Shown: piece after piece, positions 35,291 through 46,066 of the stretch
How the letters are laid out: each line of letters begins with the position of its first letter
Numbering within the stretch: the first letter of the stretch is position 1
NCBI GenBank assembly: GCA_024704765.1
Contig: JAKMXF010000299.1
Span: 1,027,353 to 1,091,352 of the forward strand
Reading direction: 5' to 3'
DNA: 64,000 bases
Source of the DNA: Oopsacas minuta
Taxonomy: Eukaryota; Animalia; Porifera
Made by a program: the position numbers and the translations under genes
The notes under the pieces: generated by a model
What the model was told of the DNA's origin: nothing
The model's input: the letters and a program-made list of their open reading frames with translations, nothing else
Databases searched by the model: none

Positions 35291-36190
35291 CTATACTAGA
35301 ATCTTGTCAAAAGTTTCTAGAACAGATTCATAATGATTACCTGTATGTACATTATATATTGATCCATTAGCATTAGCGGGAGTCGAATTCAATACCTCAT
35401 CAAATGAAGAACCTTTGTCGGAGAATACATTGCAACAATTTCCAGTCTCTTTCACAAACACCCATATATCAGTCTTATATAGAAGCGCTGCTGTAAATAG
35501 TTCCAAATCTTGGACTATACTAAACTAGAACTGACAATTTCGGTTGAATGCTCAATAGATAAAACATTACACAGTAATATGAAGACTCGATTAATTTCTC
35601 CCATCGCAATACTCCTCAAAATTGCAGCAAAAGCATGCAGTATTTGTTGTTTTAGAGTTTTATCTATTCTAAATGTTTTTGTCAAGTTATGACTCAGCTT
35701 ATGCATTATATGAGCAGAACACAAATGAATAACAGTTAAGACATCCACATCAACCGATCTTTCGTCTGAATTTAGAATTATCCAACAACGCTCTAGATAC
35801 CCTAAAATATTATCTTTATTAAATGCTATACACGTATTCTGAATTAATCCCCAACCGTAATCTATTTCCACTCTTGTAATGATTATTTCTTTGTGCACAA
35901 AATATATTTATTATTATGCTTTAACTCTACAACATCTCGACTACCATATTACACATATCCCTGTAGCAGATATGAGAAGTTAGGACAAAGGAACTGTTGA
36001 GATGATCTACTTCCTTAGCAAATGGTACTTGAATTCAATGTTAGTTCTGTCAATTGCGAGGTCGATGCAGGATTAGGATTATGCAGCCTAGAGTACACAT
36101 CATGTTTGGCTACAGTCATCAACTTCGGGGCCAAAAGTAAATCATTCAAACTGTTCATGTTTATCGAAGAACTAATACAAACAATCTCAC
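35291..36190 (-). pseudogene. MULE-like transposase fragment joined to the C-terminal half of an OTU domain
   Basis: RVEIDYGWGLIQ..AFNKDNILGYLERCW..HLCSAHIMHK (35515-35898; D..CxxH MULE-like signature), then ELFTAALLYKTDIWVF..IYNVHTGNHYESV (35291-35506). OTU Cys motif absent, probably deleted. Confidence 0.55.
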
Positions 36191-36194
36191 CAAT

Positions 36195-36819
36195 TACCGG
36201 GTTGATGTCCCTCCCACTGAAAAAGTCAAATATCCTGGAAAAATCATGGTATGGGGCGTGATGTCATACCAAGGACTCTCAGATCTCCATATAATCCCCC
36301 AAAGACAAACTGTGCCATCAGAATATTATGTAAAAGTCCTATTGAAACTGTCTCTAACATCCAGCATACTTCAAACGAGAGATTCAGAGACGATCATAGA
36401 GAGAAAATTGTTGCCAGATAGGTCCCAAGCAATTTTTCAACAAGATGGAGCCCCGCACATACTTCCAAAAGAAGCCAGGAGTGGTTGAAAAACAATATGG
36501 CAGGTTTGGGACAAAAGAATTATGGCCTCCGAACTCACCAGACTTAAATCCTTCGAAAACCTCTGGGCTATTTTGCAAACCAAGCTAGATGCAAAGGAGC
36601 GCGCAACCAACCTAAAAGTTTTAGAAAAACAGTTAAATTTGGTCTGGAAAGAAATCTCACCGGAGACACTAGAAAGACTCATAGCTGGGATGCTTGGTCG
36701 AATTGGAAAATGTCTAAAACTGCATGGAGATTACATAGGAAAGTAACACCAGATCTATTTAGATAAAACTAGAGAATAGCGGGGGTTTTAAAAAGGGATA
36801 TCAATTTCTTAACACCCTG
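36195..36819 (+). mobile_element. 5'-truncated Tc1-like DD37E relic, same group as 26362-27706
   Basis: KVKYPGKIMVWGVMSYQGLSDLHIIPQ, FQQDGAP, WPPNSPDL..ENLW; right TIR TTAACACCCTG+TA. Confidence 0.82.
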
Positions 36820-36848
36820 TACTATGATTACACTTTTGTCGCCAAATA

Positions 36849-36992
36849 CTTGGAGGTGTGTTATCAAGTGCTGGTATAGGAAATATTCTCAACACATTTG
36901 GTCCTGTGCATTCAAAAGTTAGGAATAGCTTAGGAATTGCTAAAGCAGGAAAATTAGTATTTATATACAAGCTGTTGAATCCCCACGAATAA
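36849..36992 (+). pseudogene. hAT transposase C-terminal dimerisation domain fragment
   Basis: Manual translation LGGVLSSAGIGNILNTFGPVHSKVRNSLGIAKAGKLVFIYKLLNPHE*, matching the SSAGxERxFSxFG..HSKxRN.LG..KA consensus. Confidence 0.72.
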
Positions 36993-39029
36993 TATCTCCC
37001 AGTTCTTCATAAATACGTACTCTAGTTTTTCACCTTCTTCATTAATAAATTTTTAGTTATTCGGATTCATCAGTGACTAATATTCTATTATACATACATT
37101 GCGAATTTATGGTAGAATTCCACGTGATTATGAGTAGATAAAAATAAACAGAAGACTAAATGTGATAAATGAAATAAATGCAATAATCTGATTTAAATCA
37201 GAAAAATCATGATTTTTTATTTTTTTAATAAATTCATGAACTTCCAACCCTATGGCATCGAGGGAGTACAAATCCAAACTCTTAATACAAGTCTTATTGA
37301 CTAAGGTTTGTTGTCTATTTTCAATATACAGTATTTCTCGAAAGTACTTCTGGACGATTATATATTTCGAGGATCCTTCAGGGGTGCGATTATTCGAAGA
37401 AGAGCTACTTACTATTCGAGGAAAAAGGTATCTAAATTCTGCCCAATATATCAAAGATTGTATTATTTCTCCACATTGTATAATTATATTTTCGTTTCGA
37501 CCCTCCTTCTATGGAACCAAATAGTTTGATTACTTCAAGTGGAATCAATATTTCAAAATTTAACTTCATTTCTGTCTAGTTAAATTATTTCCGTCTCATC
37601 GGAATGTGTGTTAGATGTATAGTAATCAATTGCTATAACAAAAGTTAGATTATCTTGACACGTTTTCTGGCGAGTACGACGCATGTAATATATTTATGCT
37701 CCATTTTAGTTCCACGAGTCCCACTTTTTAGTTTCAATTCATACAAAGAAGTTGTGAGTTCACTTTCTGTTGGCCCTGGCGTTAGCGGTTCTATTTGGGG
37801 CATTATTTGTAAAAAACTACATGGCTGCAATAAACGGCTCAACGAAAATCAATTATTTGAAAATTGGAAAATAATTCGCACAATAAGCGTGTGTTATTCG
37901 AGCGAGTAATTTATCCATCAGTCTCGCCTCAGCCATCTATAGATTTCACACCGTGTAAATCGCGTCCTCAATGTCTACGATCCCCACAAAGTACAACGAA
38001 ATCATTGATTGTGGGTATAGTCTCAACTCTTTCTCGATAGAGGATTCGCCACTCTTCAAACTGCCAGAATGTATCGAGATACTGTCCATTGCCTGGAATC
38101 TGCATCTTCTTTTCATGATAATCATGAGGGTATATGTTGAGGTTCAATTGAACAGGATTTGTTAGATGTCAGGCTAATGGTAATTTGGTCTTCAGCTGGA
38201 TCTAACCCAACTCATTACTATGATTTGAGGGATGACCAATGTAGTATCAACCTTTGCGGATGTAATGATAGTCAGATATTATTATTACAACAATCACCAG
38301 GCTCAGTTATGAAATTATTGTTGTAACTTTTACCGTTATCTGAGTCCAAATTCTTACGAAAATTTTGGGAATTTGAAAGTATAAAATTTGTACAGTGTAG
38401 TTCATTCGCAAATATATTTCCAAAAAGTTAATATGAACATCAAGTATTGAGCAGACAACCTTGTTGGTAATGTGGATGGTTCTACATAAAATTGATAGTA
38501 TATCATATATTTTTGTTTGAGAATAAGTACTGCTTCTGACCAAAGATCAGATGAGTAAATTTGTTCATTGGATAGTCAAATTGCGAGACCAGTTTCATGT
38601 ATAGATATTGAGGCATTTAATGCTGTCCATACTAATTGCATTAATACTAGAATATGTGGAATATAAAATTTCCCCGGATTGTCCCCAACCCCTGGCCCTG
38701 AAAATATTCCTCATCATCTGTTGATGAGGATTTTGCAGATGAAGATCCTATCAAGTGCAACAATATTATTAAAAATACAGTTAATTACCAAATAGTCCCG
38801 TTATATGATAAATCTGATGAATTTCTTATGTCACTGAGTCGATCGTCAATGGTGAATTTCTTCTTGAGATTGGTCAATCGGATAGTATACATTTTATCGA
38901 TTTACATGAAGAGAAAGGTTGAATAGAGATTAGACAACTGTGTTTAGCAATTAATTATCTAAAATATATCTTGCATGTGATCTTAAATTTCACAATTATT
39001 GCTCTAAAATTTCTTCCAGTCGTAAAATA

Positions 39030-40055
39030 AATGCGCCCTATTTTCGAGCATCTGCTGAATGCAAGTTTTATAATTTTACAAATTTGAGTTTAGTGTTGAC
39101 GAGATTGTACTACAAATATAATGACAATAGAATCTGGAGTAAGTGGTTCACTCTCCTTGCAACTTTCTGATGGAGAGACTGTAAATGTACCTTGGGTCAA
39201 TTATGTTGGTTAAGCCGTGTGCAGGCGTTTGCGCCTGTTTGGAGCGTTGCTGTATTCTTTGTGTGACAACAAATGGTTGCGATGTTCCATATCCAGCTCC
39301 AGCGCTATCCAAACTTCAACAGCCTCACTCAGTTGGCAACTGTCACTCTGCACTTTATCAAGAGCTACAGTGGTATGCTTCATACTTCTTAGATAGTCTT
39401 CGGCATTCCTGTTGATATTAATATCTCGCACTTTCTATGCAGTCAATATTGTCGCGGTGTTCTTTGCATAGTTTGAGGATCATTGCCCAGTTATCTAGGT
39501 AACATTGAAGAGAATCCGCGAGAGCGTTCCAGAGAATTCCTGTGGGAGCACAATTTTTTGGAGCCTGTAGATTTGTACCATGCAGTTGGGAGATGAGAAT
39601 TCCGAAAATATTTCGCTATCTGAATTATATGTTCCTTCACACTGGGTATTTCGACATCTTAGGCTAGAAGATTAATTTAATGTGCTGAACATACATAGGA
39701 TATTATGTTTGTCTATGTAGTATGACTATCAGATGCCTTTTATTGCCGCAGTTTGACCATGTTTGACGCGTTGTCAGTGACGGAGTTACTTACTTTACAA
39801 TCGTATCCTTGCTTATATCAAAGATACGTTTCTGAGACAGAAGCTGGATATTCTACTGCAAGATGTCTGAATCGGCACTATCATCATGTATTGTAGCTGA
39901 TTACAGTAACACAATCATGATAATGTTGCTTTGAGTCTAGCAACTAGTCCTTGCATCTCCTTCCCATACTTCTTTCAATCCGCACAGCATCAGCTTTACC
40001 AGCTACTTTTTTTGTTTCAAAACTGCCATATAGAGTCATCCTTTCGTCCAGACAT
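39030..40055 (-). pseudogene. Internally deleted hAT transposase
   Basis: BED-finger start MSGRKDDSIW..KEMQGLVARLKQH (ATG 40055), VTDNASNM, CSAH, RNAEDYL..VALDKVQSDSCQLSEAVEVW. Confidence 0.78.
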
Positions 40056-40126
40056 AATGGATCACAAGCGGCGAGATTTATGATATATTATCAGTGTAAA
40101 TAATAGAGCCAGCCGTAGTATATATA

Positions 40127-41430
40127 CAGGGTGAGCCATAAATACTGTTACTGATATACTATCTAACAATATTCTATATTTCATATAGGAATTCTTTATA
40201 TTATTATGCTATAATTCATTCTAGACCTTATACTCTAAAATATTTATTCATTATGGCATCTGGACACTAATCAATCGATTTTTGTACTGATTAGCAATGG
40301 AACTTCAGCGAGCAGCTGTTATACAGCTTTATGGGCGGGAAATTCCAAGGTTGAAATCGCTAAACTACTGAAAACGAATAAGATGGTCATAAACCGGTCA
40401 TTGTCCCGTTACAATGATACCGGATTGATGACTGACTGACGTAGACCTGGTCGCCCGCGAACTGTAAATACCTTTTCTAAGATAAGTCGTGTATCTCAGA
40501 GGATCCGCCGAAATTCCTCAAGAAGCATCAGAAAAATGGCCAAGGATATACAAATTAGTAGGGAATCAATGAGAAGAATTGTACGAAGTGACCTACAGAT
40601 GAAAGCCTATAAATTGAATAAGTGCCAGCTTCTTAGCGAGCAAAATAAGAACAAGCGGTTACAAAGATGTAAAGAATTGGTTTCGCATTTCAAAAACCAC
40701 GCCCATAGAGATATCCTCTTCTCAGATGAGAAATTGTTCACTGTAGAACAAGTGTTAAACTCCCAAAACGATAGAATCCTTGCTACTGCGAACAATACTT
40801 TCCCTAAATCCACTTTCCAGGTGTCTAGAGCCAAAATGCCAGCTTCAGTAATGGTGCGGGGAGGCATCACATTTGATGGTCGGACACCCCTCGTTTTCAT
40901 CCCCCAGGGTCTAAAAACCAATCAAACTGTATACCGTGATTTGATACTGAAGAAGGTTGTCAAACCTTAGGCCAAAAAAACATTATCAAAATAGAAAATG
41001 GGTATTCCAACAAGACTCAGCACCTGCTCATAAAGCGAAAGCGACACAACAGTGGTGCAAAGAATTTTCCAGGGCTAATTTCTACCGAAGAGTGGCCTCC
41101 TTGCTCCCCTGACATCAACCCTCTCGATTATTCAGTATGGCCCATTTTAGAGAGCAAGGTCAACTTTAAAAAACACCATAGTATTTACGAGCTAAAGAAA
41201 ACCTTGTCTCGAGAATGAAAGAATATTTCAGACTGTGATATTCGTTCTAGCGTGGACTCCTTCCCTACTCATATTGTTAGGTGTATTAATGTCGAGGGGG
41301 TATATTCGAATGATACTCGAAATATATTTCTATGTAGAGATTCTGACATTTGTTAGAAATTTCGTGTCAATAGCTTCAATATATATATTTTATAGATACA
41401 ACAATTGGTAAGTATTTATGGGTCACCCTG
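40127..41430 (+). mobile_element. maT/DD37D Tc1-mariner element, full length but degenerate
   Basis: TIR CAGGGTGAGCCATAAATACT / AGTATTTATGGGTCACCCTG with TA TSDs; ATG 40297; FSDEK, FQQDSAPAH, WPPCSPDINPLDY; 1304 bp. Confidence 0.9.
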
Positions 41431-41689
41431 TACACAAACATTAACATATCGAAGCCATTATTTAGTATCATAAACAATACATCTATTATTAACTGAAGCC
41501 ATCACACTTTTATCAAAGAAAAATCGAAGAAATTTACAAATGGGAATACATTTCCAAAAAAATATACTATCAGGATTTTGAATTGTTTTTAAGTGATTTA
41601 AATCAAACCAACCCTGATTTGTAGACTACAAATGAGACTTTGCATATTCTATAATTCATTGATGAGTAATTCATAATGAGTTAGCTGAG

Positions 41690-42139
41690 ATCAAACAGTT
41701 GATATTGCAATAATCTGTGTCTGTATGCGTTACTATAGTTAGAATGGATTAGATTGTTTCATTACATTTGTGTGCTTAGTACAAATCTATTCGAGATTCA
41801 ACTCAACCAAGACAGTTTGCAAACCTAAATATCTCCAAAATTTTGAGTATTTTAACATAATATGTTTAAAAACATAAACTTCCATACAGCAGGAGTCCAT
41901 GTCCATGATTTCAGGAAAACAGAATTTGTTTAAGTATACTAAATTCATATGTGGACTACTGCTCGTTAGATGCACCAATTTCTATTATAAAAATACAAGT
42001 TTGTAAATATAAACTCAATTTCAGAAATGTCTGTATCTCTTCTCTCGAATAGTCAAAGTATTTACACACTGACCATGGTAAGTTAGTCAAACCAATAGTT
42101 GAAGTACTGCTGGTCGAATATTCAGCCAAATTCACACTC
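41690..42139 (-). repeat. Inverted paralogue of 32479-32887
   Basis: Same shared blocks in reverse complement; contains ORFs 41787-41978 and 41956-42141. Confidence 0.75.
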
Positions 42140-43307
42140 ATCTTGTAAATCTGAAAAATATGTGCCTGTCAATAAGTCGATTATAATTGGAGTCGCTTTG
42201 CAATCGGTCACCTTTTCATTTTGACATTTGGTGGATTTATCAAAAGACCCTACACTGGTGATTGAATACTAAAATGTAGTTGAAATCACGCTTCCTCGTC
42301 CCTGGTTCAGTCCATAACTAGCCCCGATAAAACTCCCAGACCCATCAGGTAGTGAACTACATCACAGATCCGTCCATTTGCAACATTTCTCAGCTATAAT
42401 CCAATCAAGCTCCATTCCTCTTCTATGTTTATAATTTCCCCGAGTATATTCCATGATCAATTTGAAATGTGATGATGAATGCTGTCTCGAATGAATACTT
42501 ATTAAGATATATAAAATGTGGATAATATACACTCGTATTTATATTAAAGAAAGGGTGTTCAGTGTATATTTCACTGCTTGAATATGTGTAGTCTCAGACT
42601 AGATGAAACCTTTGGCAAAACCTACAAAGTCGACCAATTGCAGATTTGCCTACAATTGGAATCACCCATGTTTGTATGTTCGAAAATTATTGAAGAAACT
42701 GTGAGACAACTAGGGCTGATTTTGGTATACAGGGGATTTGGGACTGGATGGGACATATTCGAGTCTTTGACAAAAGTTCACACCTATGACGAATTATGGC
42801 ATAATTGTTACCTTCTTTGATTTCGAAAAATCATATTATTAGCCACTGCTCAGCCAATATGAACGATAGAAGGTTGAAATTTGAAGCACAGGTCCCCTCA
42901 ATATCCTAAATGTCCTTACGTCATGACTTTTACCAAATGCAAACTCATCAGTTTCATTGTCGCCACAGAAGGACATGAATTATAATTTGGATGGAACTTC
43001 ATTGTAATTAGGATGGAATTCATTTTCTAATAATAGATAACTTAAAGATTATCTCTTATATTATGTTAAGGGCACCGCAAACTGTTTAGCTGGCCTTGTA
43101 GCTAGGCCCCCACGAACTGTAAGACCGGCCCTGCTGGTGCACCAGTACTTCAATAATTATAAGAAATATATAATTAATAAACATGTTCTAAATCTGAACT
43201 CTCGAACTAGGCTAGATTAAGGATATATTAGGGTAGACAATCAGTAATATACTTTGCAATCCCCAGATTTCTTGTTCTTAGAAGTCGGATTTAGTATTCG
43301 AATTAGT

Positions 43308-43420
43308 GCCGGGATGTCGGAATTGACTTGCTTCTATTTCCTAGATAAGAAAAACAGGTACTGGGTTCATTTCCCCAGGTGCAATAGATCGGGACCTGGG
43401 ATAGCAACACCATAAATAAT
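43308..43420 (+). mobile_element. Possible tRNA-derived SINE-like sequence just downstream of the LMBRD2 stop
   Basis: A-box-like TGTCGGAATTGA, T-arm-like CTGGG-TTCATTT-CCCCAG with B-box-like GGTTCATTTCC; no complete cloverleaf. Confidence 0.3.
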
Positions 43421-43540
43421 CTAATGAATATAGATTATGGAATTATTGAAATGTCTCCATAATATAGCCAACATATTCCTTCAATACAATAGTAATAAAA
43501 GTTACATAATTGATACCCCCGAATTCACTCTGCATGCAAC

Positions 43541-45634
43541 CTATATATCCTTGAAGATGTCACTGCGATTATTATGAAAATCAGTCCTGACTTCGATAGA
43601 TGAAGAATTACACTGTATTTGTGTTATATCTCTGGAATATGCACAGGATACATCATTCTGAATTATTGTATTTCCACATTCTGTCACTTCTTCATTGATG
43701 AATTCGGTTGAAGAACATTTGGGAATAATATTAGTATCAGTTGTATTTTCTAGAGATGAATACAAGAACTTAGGGGCTTTCCTTAATGGTAAATAAGCTC
43801 TAAAATGAGAAACTATATCAGAAGTAAAACCTGAATCGTTTTTGCATGGTGGAACTTCACTACTTCGAACATCTCTAAGTATCGAGTTCTTCTTATATTC
43901 CCTATATATACTTACTTTTCCAATGCTAGCTTGAGAAATACCTTTTTCTATTTTCTTCTTTTGTAATTGAACATATTGCTTTCCTTCTGCTACCATTTCT
44001 GATGTCATTTCATCCTCACCAACAAACTGTTGAAAACCAAAAAAAGACAATATACGTCTATCCAATTGAAATATTGTAATAATTACTACAATAATTATCA
44101 CAAGCGGGAAGTATATAAAAAAAAGAAGAGCAATTTCAGGCACAGAAGTGCCCCAAATTTCAAAGAAAGCAGGCTTTACATTAAGTGGTTTTCTTTTAGA
44201 AGTACTAGGCAGCCTTGCAAGGTCAACTAGATATAAATAATTCAAACACATGGATATAATCAACCGTGATAGCAAAATAGCAGAAAATAATAAGCTAAAT
44301 TCATTAGTTTGGTGATTTGGAGAAAGTCTATATTTATCGAATATCCGTATCCTAAATACAGAGAAATATGCACATAACGAAATGTATGCTAACAGAAGGA
44401 TAGACAAAACCTCAGAGGAAAAGTAATTTCTAGAATATAATCCAATTTCAATAACATAAGCAAGAATGGTAATCTTTGCAAATTGATTAAGAAAGATAGA
44501 AACTTCTGATATCAATATTATCGTAGACAATAAGACAGAAATACAAAATAAAGATATATAGATCCCTCGTACCACATATATTTTCCATATCCAATATAAT
44601 CGTGAGGGAATAGACCGAAGGTTATTTGAATGAGATTGATATTTGGAATTCATAACGATATCGCATTTATTGTTCATATTATTGATCATCATTTCCATTT
44701 CCAAAATAGTCTTTGTAAGTTGACTAAACTGTGTTGAGCTCAAAAATAAATTCCATGTTGATTTAAGGACTTTCGCATTAAGTTTCTCTATTTGATCAAG
44801 TGTAATCTTTTCTTCTCTCGAGGGATAATCTTGATAATCATCAATTTCATCATTAAATTGCGATGTTGATTCAGAGGGCAAATTCTTAATTACAATTCTC
44901 ATATATTTATATAGAGGATCATTGTATTTTATCAGTGTTTGAATATAATGTATCTCCTTTTCAGTCTCTTGCATATTTATTTCTGCTTCAATTTTTTCGT
45001 TGTAGGTTTTAGATGCACGAAAATACAAAAAGTTCAAGTATGAACGATAGCGAGATCTTTGCAAAAAGTAACGAGGAAGTTCTACTAATCCATAACCAAC
45101 TAGTATGATCAGAAAGAACAAAACCCAAACATTAGAAGCAGTGACAGCCATCGAAATAATGTTACTAAAGTTCCAACCCTCTTTAACAACAAGAAATATC
45201 ATCACAATAATGCATATTAGAATTAAGCTAACAAATACCAAACAGTTCTGGATAAAGGCCCAAAGTAGCCTCTTCCAGATAGAAAAATAATGAACAGAAA
45301 CGTAAGATTGAAACAAGGGTAATATAACCCAGGATAAAATTTGAAGAATCCAGTAAAGAAGTAGCCAAATAATTCGTATTGGATCAGGTGAAATATATGA
45401 GTAGGGCATTTGGCAGGATTTATTAGTTGTATTCAAGGTAAAACATGCATCATAAAAAGATGAGGAAATATCAAGTGGTAGAAGGAAGATAACAATAAAG
45501 GAAAAAAACCAAACAGCCAATGAAGAAATAGTTACGAAAAGATTCTGCTTGAAAATATTACCGAAATAGTAAATGAGAAAGAGGGAAGTTGTTAAGGAGA
45601 ACAAGACTTCAAAAAGTAATACAATAAATGTCAT
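43541..45634 (-). CDS. LMBRD2: LMBR1 domain-containing protein 2 (GPCR-associated membrane protein), intronless, 697 aa
   Basis: Uninterrupted ORF with multiple TM segments and family motifs W..SF..IFLLPLDIS, W..LYW..Q..SW..LP..QSY, GYGLVELPR, YRL.PNHQT..FSLLFSA.LL.RL...+CLNYL, FQQFVGEDEMTSEMV.EG. Confidence 0.93.
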   Translation of the reverse strand: MTFIVLLFEVLFSLTTSLFLIYYFGNIFKQNLFVTISSLAVWFFSFIVIFLLPLDISSSFYDACFTLNTTNKSCQMPYSYISPDPIRIIWLLLYWILQILSWVILPLFQSYVSVHYFSIWKRLLWAFIQNCLVFVSLILICIIVMIFLVVKEGWNFSNIISMAVTASNVWVLFFLIILVGYGLVELPRYFLQRSRYRSYLNFLYFRASKTYNEKIEAEINMQETEKEIHYIQTLIKYNDPLYKYMRIVIKNLPSESTSQFNDEIDDYQDYPSREEKITLDQIEKLNAKVLKSTWNLFLSSTQFSQLTKTILEMEMMINNMNNKCDIVMNSKYQSHSNNLRSIPSRLYWIWKIYVVRGIYISLFCISVLLSTIILISEVSIFLNQFAKITILAYVIEIGLYSRNYFSSEVLSILLLAYISLCAYFSVFRIRIFDKYRLSPNHQTNEFSLLFSAILLSRLIISMCLNYLYLVDLARLPSTSKRKPLNVKPAFFEIWGTSVPEIALLFFIYFPLVIIIVVIITIFQLDRRILSFFGFQQFVGEDEMTSEMVAEGKQYVQLQKKKIEKGISQASIGKVSIYREYKKNSILRDVRSSEVPPCKNDSGFTSDIVSHFRAYLPLRKAPKFLYSSLENTTDTNIIPKCSSTEFINEEVTECGNTIIQNDVSCAYSRDITQIQCNSSSIEVRTDFHNNRSDIFKDI

Positions 45635-46066
45635 TGGGGTTACACTAAGATAAAGAAGTGGAGAACTGCATAAACACTGATCACTTACAAGGAATCCAGT
45701 ATAGTTATATAGTCAAGTTACAAAGGTATGTATTGAATAATGGAAATTGTGTCAACAATGGTCACTAAAATAACAGAGGCCTAATAACTTATCTACGTGG
45801 GGCGAATGTGTCACCGAGGGGCCTGCATATATGTCCAGACATTGTATCAGGTGAAATAAAAGGCGTAGCCTTACAAAAACATTAGAAGCTGAGCCAAACC
45901 AGGGCGATAGAAATTATTGGCATTATGCATATGGGGATTTATGATTCTCAATGGGGGTAATAATTATCCAGTGGAAGGACTGATCTTCTAGTAAGATAGG
46001 CAACATGCACGTGTGCAAAGTCTCATACAATAAGTAATCAGTTTCATCCTTCTTACCCATATAAAC

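Noticed and set aside
43308-43380. Functional tRNA gene
   Set aside because: Acceptor and anticodon stems do not pair properly and the B-box is degenerate; kept only as a low-confidence SINE-like feature.
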